A stretch of 63,545 bases of DNA from Halocafeteria seosinensis (taxonomy: Eukaryota), in assembly GCA_001687465.1 (NCBI GenBank), contig LVLI01000343.1, forward strand, positions 1-63,545. Reading direction: 5' to 3'. Position numbers and translations under genes: made by a program. Shown here piece by piece: positions 37,701 to 52,700 of the stretch. How positions within the stretch are numbered: the first letter of the stretch is position 1; the number at the start of each line of letters is the position of its first letter. Under the pieces are notes generated by a model, which saw only the letters and a list, made by a program, of their open reading frames with translations, searched no databases and was not told the origin of the DNA.

Positions 37701-40700
37701 GGACAACTCCGCGTCCCGTTTCTTGACGGCTTCCACGGTAGGAGTTAAGTCCGCAATTGCGGGTGCTCTATAGGAGATTTCTGCAAAGTCTCTGTCACTG
37801 TTTTGGAAGATTGCTACAGAACCACCAAAGAATAAACGTAGCTTTAGTTTGTAACCAGATCCTTTTGGGAGAACTGAACTTGCTTGCGTGCTCGCTGAAG
37901 TACTTAGTGTGCTTCGATATAGTAGCACGTCTCCTTCAGTTCCTGCCGCAGATATAGCAATGAATCCATCTTCCGAGAAATTTTCTCCTTCCCACATTGC
38001 CACTGCTTCAACTTCATTATCAATAGGGTCTACACTTAGCTGGAATGACTTAATAATTGCATCCTTATAAGAGTAAGTGGCTTCTGCACAATCTTCTCCC
38101 AGTCCACACACAGCTTGCCAACTGTGTATAGTTTTCCCAACCACTAGACTCACCTTGTAGTTACCACCGCTTCCTGGGGGCATCTGGCAAGTTATAAAAC
38201 TATGCTCGTTGTCTGTGATGGCGCAATTCACTTCGATTCGGCGCTCAACATCGGCTGTATCGTTTGTGACAAATTTTGATAGTGCTACCTGAATCGGCGA
38301 ACCACGTGGTCCAAAGTTTTTCCCGTAGATTGTTAAGGTTCCACCTGTGATATCCATCATTTTCGGGACGAAAGGGGAAAATAGACTAGACGGAGGTCCT
38401 TGGATCACCGGTTGTTTGTACGAAAACCGTGTCATACCGTCATTAAGCTCCTGATTTGCAATGATGATACGCAGTTGCCAGTTTCGGCCGTAGAAAGGTG
38501 GGAACCAAAGCACAAAATGATTACTACTCCACTCATATAATGCAATAGCATTGCTAGGCTTGCTTGCCGGGGTAGAAGAAACAAGTAGTGCCTCTTGGTC
38601 GTCCTCAGCGGAAACAATTATGACGAAGGCGTCACTCCATTCCTCCTTCGATATTTGCGTCCCGTCACCAAGATTTTCGCCGTCGAAGGACACAAGCTCC
38701 CCTTCTGTAGCAATCCCATCAATTTTACTTTCGCTCTGTAAACCCCTGGAGCCTTTCTTAACTAGGCTCGGTGCTCCATATTGTGCCTTGAAGAACCCAC
38801 TCGAAGTACCCTCATTTAGTACTTCAACTATTGCCTCACCGATTCCAGCGGGAACTCGACAGGATAACTCGTACAGGCCCTGAGCTGAATCAATAAGAGT
38901 AATCCTTTTCCCAACTTCGTTCGGAATCACAACACATTCGTGACGCCCGTAGAAAGGGATCCGAAAGAGAACGAAGATATTTTCCGTCCACTCCTTCCCT
39001 TGGATGGTAAGGACGCTGGAGCCGTCAGTGTTGAGATCTGTTTCAAGAACTCCGTCTTCATTTTGTCCTATAATTGTTGGCTGTAGAGGGTTCCACGTTG
39101 TAGAGTTCTCGGTCTTGTCGCCGAATTCGTCTTCTACAGTTATCGAAATTGGATCCAGTTGCGCCCCTACAAACCTGCAGTGAATCTCCTTTTGAGGTAC
39201 CACCATGGAACAGTTGCTGCTGATGCTCAGTCCTGAGGTACTCTGCGTGGTGACAGTAGGATTGAATCCTAAATTTTCGCCAATTAACTTCATTAGAGGT
39301 CTATTGGATAAATGATTGTTCTCTTCGTCAAATTTTGGGCGGGACGAAAGATCTATCTTCTTAAACTGGAACACGTCGGAATCTCCACTGGCGGCTACGA
39401 AAGTGCCCGCCGAGCTTCGGATCCGGAACTTTAGCTCGGCCTGAGGGAAGCTCTTTTCAATCATTTCAAAACGAATTTTGGCACTGTTCTGGCCGTTTTC
39501 GAAACTCAACTTGTTTTGCTCGATCCTTTCGACTTCATTGTTCTCCACATCCAGGATCTGAATGGTCAGCAGTTCTCTGGGCCCTAGTTCTCTAGCACTA
39601 ATCTCAACAGTAAATCCACCACCTTTATTGCCTGATAAAGGGAATACCGAGGTAAGCACGGGACGAGAGTAGCTCAACGTAACGCTAGTATTTATCTCAG
39701 ACACTTGTTCACTGACGGAGATCTGTGGAAAGAGAGGACCGCCGATTCCCAGTGGTGACTTGCAGAGTAGTATTCTATGCGGCGATACCATAGAGCAGCT
39801 AGCGATGTCAACCTGAAAATTCAAACCAAATTCCTGATTTACCAGAACCAAGAAATCGAATGCTCCAATATCAGTACCTAGGCTTTCAGCCACAAATGTA
39901 ATATCTTGAAACCCATCAGGAGACAATTGCACATCAAACTCCGGCTCGAGGAATGCCCTACTTATCCTAGGCCTTGAATAGCTGATAAGAGGAAGGATAT
40001 TTGATTGGTTCGCCACTGTAATTTCAATGTTGAGGTGCATCCCGGATCCTGGTACGGATACACACTCAATACGTTCATGGCTTAGTACATAGCAGTTTTC
40101 AGCGACAAACGACTGTGAAGAGGAGAAATACTTTACGCTCTGAAGGTATTGTATGCCTGCCGGCCCAAAGTTTTCTCCTATCAATTCCAGTTTCTGGCCC
40201 CCAATGGTAAATAGATCAGTAGCTGTGTCGTCAACAAAATGCTTAAGTAGCCTTGGTGGTTGGTAGGATAGTGTTGCATCGGTATTGATGGTAATTGCCT
40301 CATCATTTAGGAAATATTGAAGATTGTAGCCTTCTCCCGCGCCAGCAGGTACGACACAACGCAAGTGCACGTGTGACACCAACACCTCGCAGGGCCCAGC
40401 TTCGATATAAGTTTTATCGCCACGTAGAGATACTCTGAGCGTGTCAGTATCGGATCCAATGCCCGCGCCGAACACCTCTAGTACTCCACCTTTGGTTGGG
40501 ACACTTTGAGGACTAAACTGTTGGATGTAAGAGTCGCCGAAGTTAAGCCCGCTCTGAAACTCAGTTGAGACTCTTGTTCCAAAAGAGATAACAAAGTGAA
40601 TATCTCTACCGAATCCTGCAATAGTCGTGCATCTAACAAGCCCAATTTGTGACATGGTGCATTCAACGGCATCGAATTTAGTTGGACTCTCTCTTGGACC

Positions 40701-43700
40701 ATACTGTACGCTAGTTAGCTCAGAAGAAACACCAGCATTCCTGACCACCAATTCTATGTCATCCCCGCCGGCTGGTGAGAGTGAATCCGGATTCCCAGTA
40801 ACAACGGTAACGTTTTTGATTTCTGGTAAAGCCAGTTCAATGGATGAAATTGTTGTTATATCCTTGAATGGAGTAGGAAGGGAGTTGACTACAGCACGAA
40901 TCTTCAGCTGCCCCACCGGTCTCTGACGAGGAAGCGCACACGTAGCTGTTTCGGGAGTTTGGCGTTCGCATTGTAATGAGTTTGTCCAAGAAGTATCCTC
41001 TGAAGCAATTTCCAATGACACAGGAAGTGTCCTTGATACCACGTTTTCCAATTGGATTTCGAGCACCTGGTTGGTATGGCTCCTCAAGACATTGTCCTCC
41101 AACAAGCGCACTGCTTTCAAACCAGCTGAGAAGTACGTGAAAAGCGAGAAGGAAGTTGAATTTGCCATGAACGTATTGTTGAACTCCATTGCGAGGCCAA
41201 ACGTGCCACCTTCCCCGGGTACAGTGCGGCAATTAACCCTTTCGTTAGTCAAAGAGGATCGGAAACAATTCGTTGCTTGAAACAACATTGGCTGGTCTTC
41301 GGTTCCATACCACACAGTTATAGGTACTGTTCCATAGTCTGCCTCAGATAATCCTTGGTGAAGCATCCATGAGGCCTCTGCTCTGGATCCTGGGATGGGG
41401 CCTATGTCCTTTCCAAGGAGGACGAAGTCATGGCCTCCGGATGAAGGAAAGTGGGGAATGCCCTCCGAGATGCAAGGACTAGTGAAGTTACAAAACTGTT
41501 CCTTCGATACCGTGGGTTCTAAGCTGACAATTTGAATGTCGTTTCTATCTTCGATGGTAATCCTTATAGTCTGAGCGTCCCTGCTTGGTTTCTCGTCGGT
41601 ATCTAGGAGGTCTTTGGCGAGTACAAGCAGCTCTACGAAGTGCACTTCTTCATAATCAAATGCCTGCATGAGCATTAACTCTCCAGACACTTGATCCAAA
41701 TCAAAATGTTTAGAATCCTCTTTAGAGTTTTCTGGGGAAAGTTCATAGATAACGGAACCTCTCGGTCCTTCGTCTTCGTCTGTCGCTCTCAGGACGCCAA
41801 TAATTTCTCCTTCATGCTCATTTTCCGCCAACAACAGATCATCGATAGTTTCGAATGAAGGCGCCGAACCGCTCTGCTGAGAATATACTTCAACCACAAG
41901 TACGGTAGACAGTTGGTGAATGTTTGTCGCCTTTATTCCAAACTCGAAAAACGTAACTTCCCCTAAGGCGCTGGCGTCCACTATGGATATCACAGGAGGG
42001 TCCTTATCGAATTTCAGTTCTAAACTCAAGGATATGGGAGAAATTGTACCATCTTTTAGGTCTACTAGAGTGTACTGTTCAATGATCCCCTCTCTTTCGT
42101 TGGTTGCAAGGAGTAAGTCGCTCTGAGAATATTGCGAAAGGTTCCCAATGGGTGAAAGACTTGTTCCGTCTGAAAATCCCTCAATAAGCATATACTGGAC
42201 TCTTTCAAACTTAAATTTGGGGTGCTTAGGGGCGCGAATCAGTGTAACACTCAAATGGATAATCGAGTACAATCTATCCACGGCATTAAGTGGGCGGTCC
42301 GCCACAGCGATATCCAGGATTACTACCCTGTGGCTTGTATTCCGGAAATCGAGTTCCTCCCCCGCTTTAAGTACTAATGCACTCAATCCATTCTTCTCCT
42401 CGGTAAGTTCATAAATTTCAAGACTTGTGCTCACTACCTCAAAGTAAAGCTTGTCATCTTCAGCGTCCTCTGCAGCGAGTTTGTGAAGTACCTCCCCCGG
42501 TCGTACATCTTCTCTAACCCTAACTTCTGCCGTCTCATTGACGAAATGAGGCTGAGAGTTATTGGTAGAAGTTATGAAAATGGTGGTCTCCAGATCAGCG
42601 ATTTCGTTCTCCTCATTGGACAGGCGTGTAACCAACTGTACGGTATGTCCCGGAAGGAACTCGCTGGTATTTTGCACAAAAATGCCAATATTGTCAGCGT
42701 TGAAGGCACCTCCAAAGCGTTGTTTAAGTACTCTACCATCCAATTTTGTCGCAGGCTTGAAACCAAAAATGTGGCTGCCAAAGGGGTTTCCGATGTACGC
42801 ATTGTTTGGTAAGGTGGGTGACACCTCAAATGAGTGAGACATTCCGGAGACTAAGCGCATAGGCTGAAACTCCCTCTGCAGGAGGATGAGCAACCGTTTA
42901 AGGCCACTGGTTCTTAAGGGATTGAGCTTGTCTTCGACAAGAATATCTATCTCGAAATACGATATCCGAAGTGCTTCAAAGTAGTCTGCATCCGCCATGG
43001 AGATGGTAGCTCCCGCGACATGGAGGAAGCCACTGTGAGAACCGAAAACTTCCAATATATGCGCGTCGGATTTCAAATCAAAAATATTAATCTGGCAAGG
43101 TTCAGGGTCGCTTAAACTGAAACTACACCATTCAGTGAGAGGGTCAGGATTCGTCACCCCCCGAAAATGAATCCGTACCGTGCGAGCCGCACTTTCGGTT
43201 CCAACGCGAACTAAGTGTAAAGAGGAAGCCGGATCATTGTCCCCGAACGCTTTGTGGGGCACAGCATTCTCTGATAGGGTGAGCTTATGACCGACCAGAC
43301 GATATTGTGATTTTACTGACTGCCAAAGAACGGAGGAATCAGTCGGTAGCGCATGGTTGACTTGACAAGATACGGTTTCAGGACTTGCTACGGGAACGAC
43401 ACATGGGCTGAAAATTAGTTCCGGTTCGGAATTTCCAATATGAACGTTAACTTGGAGTCTGAGTGGTGCAAAATCTTGCGACGAAACATGTATCATTGCC
43501 GCATAGGATCGAGTCGTTGTTGGGGCTTCGCTCACGACGACAAATACTTCCTCTGCACAGGACGAGACTACCTCAACACCGATTCTGGAGCCAATCATAA
43601 GCTTGATGAATTCTGTCTCGTTTAACCGTCTAAGGACTTGGTATGAGCAGCGGGAGCTACGTTTGGCAAACGGAATCGTAAAGGATCCCGCAATGACGTT

Positions 43701-46700
43701 GGCCGTCCACTGAGGCACAACAGCATGAATTTCTTCGACATCAGCTTCCAACTTCGAGGGAGAAGGTAACACTTGCACATCCACGGACCCAAGAACTGTT
43801 TGTTCTCCATCATTGCTAGCGCGGACTTCTAAGATATATCTGGGGATATTATGAGCGGTGAAGTCTAGAGGATCGGGGTTACTCAAAGTGAGGTCCCCTG
43901 CGGTAGAAACCGAAAACGGGTTTTGTTCCGATTCGATGGGATTTCGCGTCACAAAGTCTGTAATTGAAGCCATAGAGAACGTAACTCCCTTTATGTTAGT
44001 TTGAATACTTCCAATGAACGTCTGATTGGCGGTTGCCACAAAGAAGCTCTTTTCAGGGACGAAAGCGAACGGGCGTGTGAAAGAAACCCACAGCGAAATC
44101 GACCCTGCAAATTCCTCTAGGTCCACCCGCACAATTATCTGCACTGGGAAATTCGCGGATTGTTTTACCCATTCTTTGCCTGCACATGTCGTCCTCACGA
44201 TTCCTTCACAGTCTACGATCCATCGCTCGCGTTCCTCCAGAGAGTGTTGCTCAGAAATAGAAAATTTGATACCATCCAACTCCTCCCCAAATACTTCAAC
44301 CGCGGAGACAGCGTCGAATTGCTGAGTATCAACGCTGACACTACCATTTTTCGCCGAAAGTATCGGATCAGGTATACGCTGAACATCCAGGAGAACTGTA
44401 GCTTCATCTTTCAGTCCTTGCTGCCCAATAGCCTGGACGGTGCCATTGAGCCTCATATTTCTTTGTTCAAAATTAAACAAGTCCTTGCTTTGGAGTGTGA
44501 TGTTTCCATTTTCATCAACCTTTATCCAATGTTGTTGCGGGTGTCCATGCAGTTCCAAGACATACTTCTTTATGCTGGTGTTGTTGCGTGATATTGCACG
44601 GGTAGTCCCTATGACTCCTCCTATGGGAGTAGACATGGACACAGACATCCGGTACACTTCTTGGTCGAAACTTGGAGGGCGGTTAACAAACGTAAGTGCC
44701 ACCTCAGAAGGCCACACGGTGACATTGTTACCGCGGCCGATGAAAAACAGCAAGTCGTGAATCGGCTTCGAGAAGAAATCCAGCTGTGCATCATTCCTCA
44801 GGGTCACTCTCCTGTCTGCGCCAATGGTAAAGAAATTACTAACTAATGACACGTCGTGTGACAACACCGGGTAATCCGGAATCTGCTCGAAGGGTGAAGT
44901 ATTTTCTGAAAGCTTCACGGAGGATGGTATCCCAGTGCTTGCAATATCGAGAAGGTCTTTCTGTTCCATCACACGTACTGACATAACTGAAAGAGCCATT
45001 GGTTTCTCGGCAACAAGAAGAGCCATCTCAAATCCAATATTGTTTGAAGTCGCATTCAACGAGCGCTTAAGGAATGGCAACGAATCATCATCGATCTCCA
45101 ATAGCCGTAGATCTGGGGAAAGTTGACAAATGTAGGCTACCTTAGTGACTCCCTTTTCTATCCTTAATTTACGATCTAGGTCAACACGCGACACATCCAT
45201 ACTCAGTATTGGCGCGGATTCATCGAGTGAGAACACCGAGACTACATCATTTCCTGGGGCTAAGCTAACACCGTAGTAGGTGATACCTCCCTGACTACTG
45301 CCGCTCCACGACTTCGTTACGTTTTTGTATTCGAGAACAAGTTCAAGAGTACTACTCTTAGGCAAAGTATTGATCCGGAAAACAACTGCCTCTTCATCAA
45401 CAGACTCAATTTTGATCAGCACGTCAGTGACACTAATCGATTGCTGAATGTGTATGCGATAAGAATGACCCGTTTTCATCATTGCTTCGTCTCTGCTGCT
45501 GCACTGCTCTGACGTTGCGACGAGTGTCCCATCTTGCGGAAGGATAGGCAGCGGCGATTGCTTCAAAAGTACGCCTTTATACTCTGCAGAGACAACAACT
45601 TCTTCAGGATGCATAAATGGCTGGTCATCACGAGGCTCAGCAACAATGATATCCTGTACCTCCACCAACTCATTAAATCTGGTTGCAAAGCATCGAAACC
45701 ACAGCAAGGTATCGGGAGCCAACATTCCTTTCAGAGTTGTTTGAGATTCAATGAAACTTGTTGTCTCGTTGCTACCCTGTAGACTACATGTGGTTTTTTC
45801 TAATATAGGTTGAGTAGCGAATTGTAACTGCTGCCGGAATTCTTCTCCTTCTGCCCGCAGTAACACCACGGAAATCTCCGTGTCAAGGGGTAGGGGGAAA
45901 ATTGTAACTTCAAACTGAAAGAAATGGTCACGATCGGTTCCGTCGACTATCAATCCAACCTCGGTTGATATTGCCCTTGATAAGTTTGCGGCCAGAAGTC
46001 CCTCTGATATCCCAATGGCGAAGTTCTGCGCATCCCAAGTAATCAACTGTTGACCAAAGGCAATAGATACTGCCGCAACAGAAGAAAGATTACCGACCAA
46101 GATTGGCCGCGGTATTACGTCTATATTCCCCGCATACAGTTCCGTATGTGCATCTGAAACAGTCAGAGTATGTACCGGTTGATTTTCATTCAGTTCTATC
46201 GACACATGAAGTACTGCTACCGAGGTTCTGTCCCATTCATCCACAAGTTGTACAGACAACGTGTCCTCCACGGGGAATTCTAGCGTAGAGTTCTCAGAAA
46301 CGGAGAGTTGTCCAATGAGAGGGTCGCTGATGTAAAAGTGAGAGTCTTCAGAAATGACGGAAAAATTCAGTCGACGGAAGAACGCCCCCGCATGATCAAC
46401 GAAACGATCCTGATAAAGCCAAGTAATCGGCACTGACCTTGAGTTTAATGTTGTGGAAATAACGAAAGAATTCTTTGAGAATCTTGCCCAAGGTCTTGAA
46501 TAACTTATATCCAGTGAATATAATTGCCTAGATTCCCTTGCGAAAAGGTACACCGTAACTAGTTCCAATAATTTACAACGAGAACTCGGAAGAGGTGCGA
46601 GAGTGCCGGCATCCATTGCAAAACATGGGTCATTGGTCACGAACGTCAACTCAGTTTGTTGAGGGAGTGCAGAAAGGTGCACCTTAGATTCACTGGAAAC

Positions 46701-49700
46701 GTCAACCGTCTGAGGCTCCAACGAGGATGCGCTAAATGTAGTAAACGACACTAAACATTGTTCCGTGGAAAGCCCTCTAGCGTCGACGCCTCCAATAGTA
46801 ATGAAAAACGATTCCGGTAGGCTCTCGTTATTTCTACCCGTATATCGGAGACGACCGCATTTATTGTCAAACTCGAACTTTGTTCGCTTGCTCAGTACGC
46901 CCAATATCACGGACTGTGCGGCACCGCTGTCTTGTGGCACAACTTTAATGACTGGTTCAACAACTCCTGGGTCCAAAAATTGGGGCAATGCTATCAAACT
47001 CTCTGGACAGGATAGGACGGCCTTTTCAATGACATCTGTCACAAAGACTCCAACGGGAAACAATGTCGATCTTCCTCTTGCGTCCGATACCACCACTTCG
47101 AACCCGAAAGCATTTTTACCATCCGTCTCGAAGTCGAAGGACCCATTCACAGCATGGCGTGTCAAGAAAACGGCGCCATTAGCCTCAGAAACACCGAACA
47201 AACTCTGCTCGCTGCTAGAGCTAGCAATACGGTACCGCAATGGGGGATACAGTGTCGTTACTTGCGGCCTTCCTAAAATTGTCCCTGCTGACGGTGTATC
47301 CGGCCATTCAGGAACTGTCAAGTTTAAGGAGAAAGCAATTGGGGGCCGTTCCCGTGGCTCTACAAATATGAAGAAAATTCCACTGTTTACTTCCCTGGTT
47401 GTCATGATTGTAATGTGCAGTACCACTGTAGTGTTCCTCCAACGGAAGAGATCACTCCGTGCGAAAATGGTACCAGTAGTTGGATCTATCCCAAACACCT
47501 CACTGTTTTGCGACAAGAAAGTTACGTCGTCACGGGGGTGGTCAGCTTCTATGCGGACTTTGGTTGGACCTGGATTTTGCTCAGGGACTGTGTAATTGCG
47601 GGTTTCCTCCAGGAAGCGAGGTTTTATGTCTCCGAAAAGCACTGCTATGGCAATACGTTTGCGGAGCGAATGTGTACTGAATAACGCCTGGACTTCTATC
47701 CATACCGACTTCCCAGCGTATTGTTGCAGCGTTCGGGCGGAAGCTTGCAATTTTGCTGTCCTAGAGTCCAGGAAGAAATGAGCTGGAGCGTCAACTAGGC
47801 TCCACACAATGTCTTGACCAGTTCTCGGGAGTGTAACAAAGTACGACTCCAAGTCTTCGTTTTCGGAGACCTCAATTTCTCCTGGAATGATACTAAAAGT
47901 AACATTTCTGTAGACCACATTGAATTCCACTGTAAAGCTGGTCATCACTCCTATACCTTTACCGAGAGTGGCGGTAGCAAGAAAGCGCAACGGTACCTGG
48001 TAGTCGTGAGCGGCTACTGACTGAAGAGGAGTAGGTCCTTGGCTGCTGCAGACGAAAACTGTGCTCGTACCCTGGTCGAAGAAAAAGCCCGATGGGCATT
48101 CATCGTCCAAGTATTCTGGCGACAGTTGCATTTGGAGCTTGGGAAAGCTGGTCTGGCATGTCTGGACCGCGTTGAGACTTATAACAGCATCTCCAGCTGG
48201 TGTATCCGAGAAAATGGATAGGTACATATCTTCTACGCGCAAGGCTTTTCGTCGAATTAGCTCGATGTGTACTCGGGATGAACGAATCGGTAAGACAGAG
48301 CTCTGGTCAATTATATTGACTCCAAAATCTCCATCAAAAGGAGGCACTAGGCCATACACGTAAAGTGAAGTCCCATGGGCAGTGTAATTCAGCTCGCTTT
48401 CTAGTTCAAGCTTGAAATCAAACTGTTCTGTTTGTTTAATAGCGACTTCGAAAGGGAACGGATTTATCTCTTGGTCGGAGAACGCCAGTTCACAGGCACT
48501 TGCCATGAAACTGCTAATCTGTGTAGATGGCCGGCACGGTTGTTCCATGAAGTTGATACCAGGACAAAGGGGCACCTTTTCCAGCAAGACCAAGAAACGG
48601 TTAAATGAGTCGGACAATTCAATAGATTGGAAGTCGATGCAATCTGAGACTACAACAGTGACCTCGAATGCGGATGTCTGAAGGATCTTTATTGCCCCGT
48701 TCAGCATTTTCAACTCCGGCCTACACATCGACACAGTTCCGCCATGGGATGCCACCGAAACGCCGCTGTAGGTTTCGTTGAGCTTCATTTCGAGAACGGG
48801 GGTAGCAAGAGAGTGATATTCACCGACGCCTAAAGCAACAAAGGAATTTCCTACGATCACCCATACATCTCTGTATTCCCAATAAAACGGTATCACATTC
48901 GAAATCGACCCGTTTCTACTTAAGACTAACGCGCTTGTTCCCGCGGTCAAAGGAATCCTGCCGTGATCTAGCATTTCAGCTGAGGCATTCAGGGCTATCC
49001 AGACAAAAATATGCTCTCTGGACGAATTCGAAAATCTAAGGCTCATGAGGGCCTGTTCCAGGGCAGGCACCAGCGTCACCAATTCGCCTTTAGTTTCCAG
49101 AGCGACAGACTCACTGGATTCGGGGTGAACCTGTTGGCAATTTGATTGAACGAGAGAAAACTCTGGTTGCTGCCAGGGCCATTTCTCAGATGATTTGATG
49201 ACAAGATGGTGATTGTTTCCAATTCGGCTTGCATTCTGACTAAAGTGCTGGAAAGACAAGCTTGACTGCTCGGTCTGGACAGTGACTTTGAGAAACTCCT
49301 TGACACTCCGATGCAGCATCTGAACAGTAACTGTTGTGTCGATGATTCCCCCTTTCCACGATTCCAAGACTAAAGACGAGTTCAAAAACACGCGTGCCCC
49401 GTGGATGAACAAAAACTTTGTGTCTTCTGGAAGTAATAAAGTGAATCTGCAAAGCTCTGGATTAAGTTCGAGAGGATCAAACACAGGTATGGCGGATGAG
49501 TTGTCTAGGAACACGGTAGCTCGGATCTCCATTGAACGAATATCGTCTGGGCAATTTCGCGAGGCTGAGTAATCAATACGTAACATAGAAGGATATGCTG
49601 TCTTTGTAATAGGATTCCGCGCTTCAATCAACACATCGACACTGTTCGAGTTCCCATTCTCTAGAGTATGAGTGTTCTCCAGCTTCAGTTCACATTCATC

Positions 49701-52700
49701 GGTGACTTTCCATGGAGAAATTGCATTCGACCACACCATGCGACAGAAAACTAGCCCGAAGCTAGGAATCGTTTCAATATGCGCGGCCGTCTCCCCTACA
49801 AGAGTCCGTCCAGTAGAGATATTCTGTCGCAACAGGGAGTCGCCTACTGGTGCCGCGTTTACGACATTTATTCGAACGAAAGACGACAGTATCTCCTTGG
49901 AGTCTAGAGAGCAGTGGAGTCGTCGCATACCGCTCACGCTATCTGTTGCTTGAACATATATGAGTCCATTTTCCCGGAGCTCTACACTAGCTGAATCGGA
50001 GGAGTAGCCTGGAGCATCGGAGATACTGCAAACAACCTGCTCCAGCCGTGGTAAGGAAACAGCTCCTGCATATTCGAGTTGTGATGACCGAGCAACGTTA
50101 AACTCGAAAGCTGCTGTATCTGGCCAATAAACTCCCTCTACATCTACATGGATGATGACATTGGTATTGAGTTCGGTGGAGCTACCTGTTCTTCCTGTGA
50201 TTCTGATGTGTACCGGAACGATGTAGTCTGTTGGTGCACGTTCGAGATCATACCGAAGCTTGAGTGTACCTTCGCGTTCATCAATCCTAAAAGTCTCTTT
50301 CGCTAGCGGCGGAGACAGTATTTCGTAGTGCAAGTCATTAAAATCATCGATTTCACCACTCGTTGCAGCTATGCTGCCACCTATTGTGCTTCCGACTGGG
50401 GAAGAAACATTCACTCTTAGCGGAAACCGTCCAGGGACCATTGGCGCTTCGACTTTGTTCAGTACTTGTACGGGCAGTACTATTGGTTTGGCCCAAAGGA
50501 ATGAATCCAACGGATTCCTGCAGGTCAACACTTGGAAGATAGTATCAACGCTCTCGAAATCAAGAATTTCAGAGCTCTCGAACTTGTTATCCCATGGTCG
50601 CACCACCGCAGCTTCAAAACCTGAAACGTATACAGTGTTGCATTTTATCATTTGTCCGACCTCAAAATTTGACACTTCTAGCCATTGGTTGAACAGTGTT
50701 CCCGTATCCGAGTTCTCTTCAATGGCAAGACCTCCGTTTGTTTTGAGTATGGGCTTCTCGTCAACATCCACAAGATCTATCCTCAACGTGGAGTAGGTAG
50801 TCATACCAGTTGGATCTGTAACGGACAGGTTGAGAGTGAACGTGGGAAATTGTTCGTAGTCTAGAAAATGAACAATCTGGTTCATGTTGCCCAAATGCAA
50901 CTGTCCTCTTTCTTTCCCGAAAGGTCTCACATTGAATAAACCAGAAGGACTCCCAGAAACAATTTCTATCCAGAGTCGATCATTGTCTCCAGCATCCTCG
51001 TCATACGTTTGTATCTTTGGTCCGAGTTTTTCTCCGGTTCGATACAAAGCGAATGGAGAGTACTCATATATTTGCATACTGCCTGTAACGATGTAGGGGG
51101 CTTCAGGCTCGTCCGTTACAACCACAGTTATGATAGCTGTATCATTCAGTCCACCCAGGTCTTCCGCCACTACTGTAATCAGATACTCACAGCCTCCGAT
51201 GGACTCAAAATCCAATATGTTTTCTGAATCAACCGATAAATATCCAGAATGCTTCCCAATTTTAAAATTCTTTGCATTCTCGCCTATAATCCAATATGAG
51301 ACAACGTCGCCGGCATCACCATCAATGGCTGTGACCGGCGGAAATATCGTTGTTCCAGATCTAGAATTTTCAGGTATGAACCTCCGACAGTCATCAATAA
51401 CAGGTGCTTCATTTACATCTTCAATTAAAACTGTTATTGTTGCTGTGTCGGTTCGAGGGTAGGGGACGTGATTGTCCTTGACCTCCACGAGTAGCGTGTG
51501 GCTCCTGGATTTCTCAAAGTCCAGAGAACTCGTCTCAATGACGCTTAATGCTCCAGAGTGTGGGTCCATTTGGAATATCCCAAAATCATTACCGCTTATT
51601 ATGGCCCATGTGTGCTTTAGCATTTTGCTTCCAGTAAAGCGGAGGCCCTCGAAAACAATATCGTCCTTACGAATATTCTCCTTAATGGTAGCGTTTTGCC
51701 CTCGGGCAATAAATGGGCTGTCGAACGACACCACCACATGAAACGTGTAAACGGAATACGCGCACACACTACGTTCCCTGGAAAGACAGCTACGTATCTG
51801 TAGTCTATGTACTGTTCCTTTGGAAAAGAGCGAGGACGTCAGGCGGAAACGTTCTCCTTCAATTTCGAACGTCCCATTGTGACTTTGACGTATCACGTGG
51901 AATACTAGCCTACCAAATTCACCGTTATTCGGGTCCGTTGCCTCGATGTGGCAATCAGGAATCAACGCCCCTGGAATAATACTCTCGTCCACTCTGAAAG
52001 ATTGATCAGATAGTATCGGAAAGCGCGGAGTTCTTTCGACGTTTACAATGATTGTTCCTTCGCGATATACAATAGATGGCCGATCCCTCCACGAAGCAGC
52101 AAACTTTAGTTTGTATTGGATCTGTGGCAGCTGCCAAGCATCGTGCATCATATATACGTGGCCAGTGGCAGAGTCAACCCTGAATACTGCGGCACTACCA
52201 GAGTATGCGCTTGCAACGTCTAAAGCATAAACAATTTCACGACCAGGAGCTTGTAGCAAATCCGCAATAGAGAATGGTGCAGTCCTGTTCTTAGGGATTA
52301 TCAAGCCAGCTCTATGAGTAGCCGGTACAGTTACACACGCTGTTTCTGAGCAGTTTGTGTCGTCGGGTTTAAGTAGAATATGCGGGCCGGGGTGAGTGAT
52401 ACGTACAGGAACCGTGCCGCTGTCAGTTAAAGCTGGAGAGCCATTGTCGGTTACATCCACTAATATATCGAAGCGTATTTCTTGAAGGAATCTGTGCCTG
52501 CGTTGAATAAAAATTTCACCGCTAATTTCGTCTATGCCAATAATTCCTTCCAGCGATTCATCTTTCCAACAGAGATGTTTCGGCACAGAAACACTTGTAT
52601 CGAGGGTAACTTCTAGTTGCTGCGGTAAATGCATCGCTGAAAACAGCTCCATTGAGGTCATATCCTGGGAAATTGATATGCTGTTTTGGTCAAAAACGAG